The notes under the pieces were generated by a model. The model did no database searches. It was given only the letters and a program-made list of their open reading frames with translations, and was not told the DNA's origin. A DNA stretch of 64,000 bases from Octopus vulgaris (taxonomy: Eukaryota). This document shows, one piece after another, positions 54,318 through 64,000 of this stretch. The stretch's first letter is position 1. Every line of letters begins with the position of its first letter. Position numbers and translations under genes: made by a program. The stretch lies in contig OX597814.1 in NCBI GenBank assembly GCA_951406725.2, positions 86,242,001-86,306,000 of the forward strand, read 5' to 3'.

Positions 54318-55796
54318 GTGCAGGTGATAATTTATTCATGGCTTTCAATTCAGATGATAACATGAATATAATATCATTGTGATATGGCCTGGTCTGATAC
54401 ATACGCACATAACATGAGTTTAGCTTTCATTTAGGTAAATATGCAAAAGATAGCCTATGTATGATTTCAGTCTAGTAGATATGTAAATAACAAATATCAT
54501 AACCATAGATCATTTTCTGTTTTGTTTTGTTGTCTTTTCCAGAAATGGAACATACCTCTTTAAGTACCAAAGTCTATATTTCGATTAATTAAAATCCCAA
54601 TTCTTAAAATCAATTTATCGACTACCGCAAACATCATTAAATTAAACTAGAATTATCTAATAGTATATAGATATACTATTATATAGATATAATGCATTTT
54701 ACTCATTCATTTTTATTCCCTTTGATGTGTATGCAGACTAGAAATCATCTTAACCTCTGAAATTACTCTCCAAATCTCAAGCTCGACATTTTCCGTCAAA
54801 TGATAAATTCTTGAAATTTGTTAATTCTTCCAATAACACTGAGCATTCGTATAGCCTTCGTAAAATAACAATAGAAGCGGCTTTAGCGACTGAGCTTCAA
54901 TCTACAACAGATAGTAAGCCATGGATATAATCTGTGTTGTTGCTTGTAGAAGTAGATATGGATGAGTGGTTTAAGTTCGCCTCGTTACCATACTGCACTG
55001 GGTTTGGTCTCACGTCATGGCATTTCCGACAAGTGCGTTTACCATAAGCCCTGGTTGATCCAAGCCTTGCTGTTAGATTTGGGTACGCAGATACTGTGTA
55101 CAATTATATCAAATCGACTATACATGAATCCAAATGCTCAGCTTTATCACGCTCTATGTCACGTTGATTCTGCTTGTGAATTACATTAACAATAAACGTG
55201 TTTGTGGAACACACAGCCGCTTTGCAGACTAATTCTAAAGGAGGTTGTCTAGTTGTCCAAAAAACTGGATGTTTGTAGGTTGAAATCGATGTAAGCTTAG
55301 TTCCAGATCAACCGGACCAAGAAGTTTCATCATGGTTGTGACTATTTTGTTTTTGTTTTTTTTTTTTTGTTTTTCTTTTTACTTTTTCCAGGCATCTAGA
55401 AATTCATTCTAGAAAACTCATTGTTTTAATAGATTAAGCATATGATTTTACAGAGAAATTGTGACTAATGTTTGTCTCAGACTGAATATTTTTTATATGT
55501 ATGTATGTATGTAAGTATGTATGTATGTATATATGTATTATGTATTATGTATGTATGTATGTATGTATGTATGTATGTATGTATGTATGTATGTATGTAT
55601 GTATGTATTTATGTGTGTATGCATGTATGTATGTATTGCAATATATACCCGGTGCAGATTGCACCGATCATCAGCTGGTGGAGGCTCAACCTGGGGTTAA
55701 ATGGATATAATGTCGAACAGCCATATTTATGTAGTGATAAACATTACTTCTCAGTATAGTTACTACTTTCATCTCTCATTGAGATTTTCTTACTCT

Positions 55797-55855
55797 CTAC
55801 ATGGTTCTGGATTCAGTCCCACTGCGTAGCCTTGTGAGTGGATTTGGTCCCGTCT

Positions 55856-55935
<80 letters not shown>

Positions 55936-56192
55936 AATACAGATAGATAGAGAGAGAGAGAGAGAGTGTGCGTGTGCATGTATTTGTGTGTGTGTGTGTG
56001 TGTTTGTCCCCCACCATCATCGCTTGACAACCGATACTGGTGTGTTTACATCCCCGTAACTTAGCGGTTCGGCAAAAGGGCGCAATAGAATAAGTACTAG
56101 GCTTACAAAGAATAAATTCTGGGTTTGATTTGTTCGGCTAAAGGCGGTGCTCCAATATGACCGCAGTCAAATGATTGAAACAAATAAAAAGA
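55797..56192 (+). mobile_element. Partial CORE-like SINE
   Basis: B box, deleted core, long (TG)/(GA), 3' part intact. Confidence 0.8.
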
Positions 56193-56687
56193 GTAATAAA
56201 TATATAGAGAGAGATGTGAGTCATTTTGTGTCTGTCTTTTTTCTTGTTTTATTGTTTCTGTATTTTGAATTTTGATTATACCTTTCCTTTGTCTGTCATT
56301 TCATCTATAGATAGATGTGTACAATGAGTGCTGGAAATAGCACACTGTTTTGGGCATTCGTTCTTGTATAGAGTGGGGACGATGTGAGGAAACAATCGTA
56401 GTGACATACAATAAAGAATGTCATTCAGTCCATTTTTTATTATTCATCTCTGACAGACAAACAGATAGACAGATAGACAGACAGAGACAGACAAACAGAC
56501 AGACAGAGACAGACAAACAGACAGACAGACAAATATGCAGACAGACAAATAGAAAGACAGACAGACAAATAGAAAGACAGACAGACGGAATAATAATAAG
56601 TTGATAGATAAAAACAACAAAATCAATAACAAAGGCAGTAGCAGCGAATACAAAAACGGAAAGAATGACTGTATAAGAGGTTGATAA

Positions 56688-56720
<33 letters not shown>

Positions 56721-56752
56721 CGTGTGTGTATGGATGTATATGTATATATATA

Positions 56753-56900
56753 TATAATCAAAATAAACAAGGATATCCAAGGTAGTGTAGTACAGACATT
56801 TTAAAACTGATGTAATACTTACAGTGTTTAATAAAATGAAGTAGCATGAAACGATTGTACTACACTACCTTGGATATCCTTGTTGCTTATTTTGATTATA
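56753..56900. mobile_element. Small fold-back element, same family as 25479-25600
   Basis: ~42-bp inverted ends tataatcaaaataaacaaggatatccaaggtagtgtagtaca / tgtactacactaccttggatatccttgttgcttattttgattata; retains the 3' half of the hammerhead (GAAAcgattGTA). Confidence 0.75.
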
Positions 56901-56993
56901 ATCACCCCATTTAATTTATATGGATAATGCCATACAAAATTCTGGTGCCTTTAACTTAAGTACCATATTCATCTGAATCTAAATTTTTCTGAA

Positions 56994-57040
<47 letters not shown>

Positions 57041-57695
57041 TTTTGGTGCGAATGGCTTTGTTATACGGCGCCGGGTTTTACAATCCTGTAAATGATAATA
57101 ATAATAATAATGGCATTTCTATAAACCTAAAGCTTATAGCGATCACCATGACTAAGGAAAATAGTCTAATAATGGGGCATATAAGCCCTCGACAGAAAAA
57201 GAAAAGTAGGCTTTCCTAACTCCGAAGCGATAGAAGCTTGTGTCAAGTTCAATTGTACGTTGTGTTAGATAAAACAGGAAGATTACGGTATGTTTGACAG
57301 AGTGAGCAGAGTTTTGAAGAACACAAGAAGAAGCAAGGTTGTAGATGCCACACAATGTTGATTTGTGACGCACTGTGGCGAGCAAATTCAATTAAAACTG
57401 GTGTAAAATAATTAAAAGATACCCAAAACAACAACAACAACTACAGCAGCAACAACAATGGTATTTGTGAACAGCACCACCAACGACAACAATAATAGGA
57501 GTGGTGAAGACTAGCGGTTGTGCGGTCGTGTGGGTGCAGTGTGAGGAGGGTAAGAATTTCAATTTCTCACATTTTTCAACTGTGGAGATGTAGTTTGGAG
57601 ATTTATGTAATGGTGAAATCCTGAAGCATAATATTCCCTTGATAAACTCTGGCAGCTTGCTGATGTACCGTGAGTAGTACTCTGTGTGTTTGTGC

Positions 57696-57737
<42 letters not shown>

Positions 57738-57829
57738 ACCTGTACTTGCTTCCCAGCATACGTGTTTTTTTTACGTATGTCGTTATGAATAATGTGCGTC
57801 TATATATAAAATAGGTATGTAATGTATAA

Positions 57830-57902
<73 letters not shown>

Positions 57903-58070
57903 CAAGCATAGAATACATACATATATATGGATGTGTGTGCGTGTTTATACATATAGATTTATATACATATGTAGGTATGTACGTGTGTTGTGTCTTTGTA
58001 TGTGTATACATGTATACATACATACATACATACATACATACATACATACATACATACATACATACATACA

Positions 58071-58101
<31 letters not shown>

Positions 58102-58102
58102 G

Positions 58103-58340
58103 TGAAGGCGCATGGCTCAGTAGTTAGAGCGTCGAGCTTGTGAGCTCGAATCCCGTGTTGTATTCTTGAGCAAGACACTTTATTTCACGTTACTCCAGTT
58201 CACTCAGCTGTAGTAATGAGTTGCGACGTCACAGGTGCCAAGCTGTATCGGCCGTTGCCTTTCCCTTGCCCGGACTTGTGCCAGGGAGGGTAACTTTCTA
58301 GGTGTAATTCCATGGTCTGTGTCGTGACCGAAGAGGGTCT
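58103..58340 (+). mobile_element. tRNA-headed SINE sharing family-3 core but different tail
   Basis: ggcgcatggctcagtagttagagc..cttgagcaagacactttatttcacg.. then unrelated 3' part. Confidence 0.7.
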
Positions 58341-58951
58341 CAGATATACATATATATATAATAATAATAATATAAATAATATATAAATATATGCATATAT
58401 ACATACATATATGTACATACCTACATATGTATGTATATATACATGCATATATGGGTTGTACATATACACACATACACACATACATACACATACGCACGCA
58501 CACACACACACATACATACACATACGCACGCACACACACACACACACATAGACATACATACATGTGTGTTTGTGTATCGTTGTCACGTAATGTAAATGTG
58601 TGTTGTTAAACGCTTTTAGGCTGCGCTAGTTCGTCCACAGAGGGTCCCTTTAAAGACGTAGAGTGGGAAAAGACATCGTTTACCTCAAAGCCATGCGAAA
58701 TGAGTCGTCCCAGAAATAAACGTGAAAGACAAGATAATGATATTTCACTGGTTCATCAGTGCTGTATACTTTATTCGTCTGGTTTCGAAATATGCGTTGT
58801 TTTTTTTACCACTCTACGTCTTTAAATGTTTTTTTAAATGCAGCCTGAAAGTGTTTTAACAACACACATACGAGAAGCATGTGACATCGATAATATCTAA
58901 ATTGTAGAGAAATGTGTGTGTATCTGTATGTATGTGTGTGCGCGCGCGCGC

Positions 58952-60210
58952 GTGTATTTGAGGACAGATTTATGTTTATAAAAAAAACAGATATATAATA
59001 ACAGATAATAACTTGATTTATCAAAAAATGCTATGAAGATAAAAATAAACCTTTTCTATAATGTTATTCAATAAAGCCACCTTCAGCTTCAACAACTGCT
59101 TCTATATGAGATTTAAATCGTCTACATGCTCGAATCAAATGGCCCTGGTTCATTTTGGACATTAGTCTGTCTATGGCAGCTTTCAAAGAATTTTTGGTGT
59201 TATAAGCGTGTTCATTGACCTCTCTCTCTCAACAACGCTCCACATGTAATATTCCAATGGATTGAGATCTGGGGAACTGGAGGCCAAATGTTAAGAGTTA
59301 TGTGATCACAAAAATTTTCAGCCATCCATTCCTGTGTTACTAGAGCCATGTGTGATTATGCAGAGTCTTACTGAAACACATATAGTCTTCCATTTCATAC
59401 ACTGTGTAGCCAGGGCTTAACAATTATTTCCAGGACCTCAGTGTAGGTGGCAGAGTTAACTCTAAGGCCTTGTGGATAGAAGTAAGGAGGCACCACGTTC
59501 CTTCGTTGCTGACAACCCCTAAAACCATGACAGTTGCAGGAAATTTTGTATGCATAACACTTGGAACTTCATAATGGTCTGCACATAACCATCTGTCATT
59601 CTTCTGTTAACTTTTTGATCTTGGTCGAAGTTTTTCTCGTTTGAGAAAAACCAAATCAAATCTTTTTCTCCTGGATTTTTCAGTTTGCTTAAGAGCCTTT
59701 TAGATTTGATGTAGTGATTTTGTTTTGCTTTTTCTGATAAATTGACCTTTCTTCATCATATAAGACTTATAACTGATGTCTTTGTGGGACAACATTTCTG
59801 ACTGTTCCTTCTGACACATGGAGATATTTTACAATTGACCTCATGAACTTTCTGGATTATAATCAATGATCTGTTGAACTTGCTGGATAAATTCAGGTGT
59901 TCTGATGATTTCAAAGCGTTTAGAAAGCTTTTTATGCTTTGATACTGGTGATACGTTTCCATCTTCAGTCTCTAGCTCCTTATAAACTTTGTAGGTGAAA
60001 GATCTGGAAACTTTAAAAAATCGAGATATTTCTAAATCGCTATGCTCAGCCTTCATGACCACAATAACAGCATGCCTCTTCATTTCTTCAATAAGCTGAG
60101 GGTCTGCCATTATTATTTTCTGAAACAAGGATTATAAACAAGGATTATAACAAGGATTATTAGCAAAAAGTGCAGCAATGACCCAAAAAAATGTATGTCC
60201 TCAAATACCT
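58952..60210 (-). mobile_element. Degenerate Tc1/mariner-superfamily element (maT/DD37D-like)
   Basis: Inverted ends gtatttgaggaca / tgtcctcaaatac; minus-strand N-terminus MKRHAVIV..RTPEFIQQV, WFFSNEKNF, YVFQ*DSA, WPP.SPDLNP motifs with stops and frameshifts. Confidence 0.85.
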
Positions 60211-60276
<66 letters not shown>

Positions 60277-60788
60277 CATGCATGCATGTATGTATGTATG
60301 TATGTATGTATGTATGTATGTATGTATGTATGTATGTATGTATGTATGTATGTGTGTATGTGTTACGTTCCAAAACCTCCCACAGAAATAATTAAAATCT
60401 AAAAGAATATAAATACCTATTGGTTGTAGAAACCCGGATATACTGAGTCCGCAATATAAATTTACATATATTAGCCGGAAAAACCCTCGATAGGTGAACC
60501 CTCGATAGGTAAACCGCGATATAACAAAAATAAACATTATTTTCCATCTTGTGTTAGTGTTGTTTTATTTTGCAAAATAAAAATTTATTTTATGGTTTAT
60601 TGTTGTTTATATTTTGAATTACATATATATATATATAGGGCCATCAAAGTCTTTCAGTTGCTTAGAGCCGCTATGACTCTTGAGCCAGCCCTGGTTACAA
60701 GTATGTGTCTGAGAAAGTGATAATGCTCAAAATTGATTTGTGTACAACCGTGTGTGTGTGTGTGAGAAAGTGAGAGAGAGAGAGAGAG

Positions 60789-60856
<68 letters not shown>

Positions 60857-61072
60857 CATGTACGTACGTGCGTGAATACGTACATACTACTAATTTAAAA
60901 CAGAAATAAGACAGAATTTAATTGCTACAATCACGTTTAACATTTAGCTGTCTCTGACGTTAACGATATTCCTTAGTAATATAATTTTGTTCTTTTTTGA
61001 TAATGATGTTGTCCATCATGAACGTCTCTTCCAGTAATGTAATGGTTACTATCATGCATCTGTATAACTGGC

Positions 61073-61390
61073 ACTCCGTCGGTTACGACGACGAGGGTTC
61101 AAGTTGATTCGATCAACGAAACAGCTTGCTCATGAAATTAACGTGCAAGTGACTGAGCACTCCACAGACACATGTCCCCTTAACATAGTTCCCAGGGAGA
61201 TTCAGCATGACACAGAACGTTACAAGGCTGGCCCTTTGAAATACAGAAGCTACTCATTTTTGCCAGTTGAGTGGACTGGAGCAATGTGGAATAAAGTGTC
61301 TTGCTGAGAGACACAACGTACCACTGAGAAACGAACTCACAACATTACCATCGTGAGCCGAATACCCAAACCACTTTGCTACGCATCTTT
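61073..61390 (-). mobile_element. SINE family 3 copy
   Basis: Colinear with 14766-15078. Confidence 0.8.
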
Positions 61391-61824
61391 GTATAAAAAC
61401 AAAGCAGTAGTTGAATTTCGACAACGACAATATTCTCTATGTGACTGTATATTCAGTGAAATAGTTTGGCCCAAGATGTGTGTCGGGTGTTAGCATTATA
61501 AATGTGACTTTCCATCTGCATCAGAACGTTATATTTGTTGATTGGTCAAATATTTAGTCTCCAAAGATGTCCTTGTGATAACTATCTTGAAACCGAACTG
61601 AAAAATAGAAAGCAGTAGTTCATGCCTTCCATAATTCTTTCCACTTTTGGCACAAGGCCAGCAATTTGAAGGAAGGTTAAGTCATTACACCAATGCTTGA
61701 CTGGTACCCATTTTATCGACACTGAAAGACAAAGTTAGCCTCTGCGGGATTTGAACTCAGGACGCAAAGACTCAGAAGAAATGCCGCTGAACATTTTGTC
61801 CGGCACTGCTAGCCCATCGATTTC

Positions 61825-61935
61825 GTGCCTCCCGTGATGGCACAAATATCTGGAGGTGAACTGATATCTATCCAGTTTTAAACAGTATTAAACAAGGATG
61901 TGTTCTTGCCCCTGTCCTTTTTAGGCCGTTCTTAG
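61825..61935 (+). mobile_element. RTE-type RT micro-fragment
   Basis: ..NSIKQGCVLAPVLF (RT motif B). Confidence 0.6.
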
Positions 61936-62131
61936 CAATACCAAAATCTGCAATTTTCATACTTTAAACTATAGTGGGCAGTTTCATCCAGTTCAGGCCT
62001 TTTTCACTAGCCACTAAGTTATGAGGACGTAAACACACTGTCACCGGTTATCAATTAGGGAAGCCAACACAAATACACACGCACACATATGCACGCGCAT
62101 ACACATACACACACACATATACATACATACA

Positions 62132-62536
62132 TCTATATAATAAAATAGACCTGTGTGTGTATTCACTTTTCACACGAAAACGGTTGCGCGAATTGCTTCC
62201 ATACTTGGGATGCATGAATAATTTGACCTCGGATACATAATAGACTCTTCAGTCTATTATGCTTTATATTTATGATACACTTCTTTAAAAAGGTTTCTCA
62301 ATGTCAGCTTCCGATATTGACGTAGCAACGGCGAAATTTTCCGTTTTCATTTGCGAAACCTCTCTCTCTATTTTGATGTTTTCATTTCAATTTTTAATTC
62401 ACTATTTGCAAACGACTACGATAATTTACTGAAATATTTACCAAGTTCACAAATTTAAATATTCGGTACAAGTTTTTAACATGCTTGTATTTATACGATT
62501 TTTTAATTTCATGTTTATTTCATTCATTGTTTTCAT

Positions 62537-62631
<95 letters not shown>

Positions 62632-62841
62632 CACACAATTTTGATTTCGTTATTACACAAATATCACATTAAAATTTTGCAATTCAACATGGAACATCCC
62701 AAAAAGTATAGGCATTCTTTCGCTTGAGCCCGCACACTTCGTTATTTTCTGTAAAAAATACTTTTTTGCGTGCCGTGTAACTGTAATCAGTCACACACGC
62801 ACACGTGTGCTTTTATATGTACGTTTGTATACATTTATACA

Positions 62842-62891
<50 letters not shown>

Positions 62892-63040
62892 TGAGTGAAT
62901 GAAGAGGTGTGTTGTCACGTATACGTACATAAATAAATACATATGCATACATCTTTTTTGTATGTAGTGCGTGTGTGTGTGTGAGAAACAGAGAAAGAGA
63001 GAGAGAGAAGAGTGATGCCTAAGTGGCACTCACACACACA

Positions 63041-63092
<52 letters not shown>

Positions 63093-63187
63093 TACATACA
63101 AAAAGATGTATGCTTATTTATGTATGTACGTATACATGACAACACACCCCTTCACTCGCTCTCTCTCTCTTCCTCACTCTGCCCCTG

Positions 63188-63222
<35 letters not shown>

Positions 63223-64000
63223 CACACACACACTTCCATTTAAGCTGATGTTTGATACTGTATGTATATGTGCGTGCGTGCGTGAGGCGTTCCACGATCG
63301 CCAGAAAAAAGCGGAGGAATTTTCTTTTTTGATGCTCCTGGTGCCACAGATAAAACATTTGTGACAACATTGCTTCTCTCCAAGGTAAGGCAACAAAAAA
63401 CCACTGCAGTTGCTGTAGCAGTGTCTGACTTTGCTGCCACCATTCTCCCAGGGGGACAAACAGCTCATTCTGCTTTTAAATTACCGCTGAACCTGGTCAG
63501 AAATGACAGTCCAATTTGTAACGTAAGCAAAGATTTGGGTTCAGCAGAAGTGTTGCGCCAATGTCACCTGATCATTTGGGATGAATGCACCATGTTACAA
63601 AGAGGTGCAATAGAACCTCTTGATAATACTTTACAGGACATAAAAGGCTACAGTAAATCTATAGGAGGAGTTACGTTAGTTTTAGCCGGAGACTTCAGAC
63701 ACATTACCAGTCATTCCGAGACGAATAAGATCTGATGAAATAAAAACATGCATTAAAGTCTTCACGCCTACGGAATAAAGTACAGAAATTCCCCTTCGAT
63801 AATAACGTGCGAGCCTTATTACATGGGTACCAATGTGCAGAATAGTTTTCAACCTGGTTCATCCAATTAGAAAATGGGAAAGTACCATTTGATGGGAATG
63901 GTGATATCAATTTGGCTCATATTGCTATCATGGGGAATTCCCCAGCTGAATTGAAGAACAGGGTATTTCCAGTCTTAAGTAATAATTATAATTCATATAA
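62132..64000 (+). mobile_element. Defective Helitron (putative 5' end plus PIF1-type helicase remnant), runs off window
   Basis: a|TCTATATAATAAAA at 62132; helicase remnant from ~63310; no Rep domain visible between them. Confidence 0.65.
63310..64000 (+). pseudogene. Helitron PIF1-family helicase fragment
   Basis: DAPGATDKTF (degenerate Walker A), AATILPGGQTAHSAFKLP, LIIWDECTM (Walker B), LVLAGDFR then frameshift to LPVIPR. Confidence 0.9.

Noticed and set aside
63361-63735. Host PIF1 helicase gene
   Set aside because: Walker A is degenerate, with frameshifts and stops and no introns; Helitron-type sequence.

Overview
AT-rich, microsatellite-dense eukaryotic DNA. The SINE complement and repeat style suggest a coleoid cephalopod, probably Octopus (inference). 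The only credible host-gene sequence is one terminal coding exon (2009-2673, +) encoding a Ser/Thr/Pro/Gln-rich tail. The rest is intron/intergenic DNA packed with mobile-element relics: several tRNA-headed SINE families (CORE-like, Nin/Deu-like, V/Meta-like), Tx1/L1-, R4/Dong- and RTE-type LINE pieces, mariner, maT-like, Tigger, hAT and piggyBac-type transposons, Helitrons and a Gypsy RNase H fragment. Two things stand out. (1) At least four unrelated short elements carry Penelope-type minimal hammerhead ribozyme motifs, three of them with inverted architecture, including one with a tRNA-derived Pol III head and a 12-bp TSD (6209-6617). (2) A Tx1-like LINE sits inside (GATA)n, and its 41-nt 3' tail is shared by a Nin-core SINE subfamily that twice lies at the same nucleotide inside another SINE. 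All calls come from reading the sequence by eye; no database search or folding program was run, so novelty is unverified.
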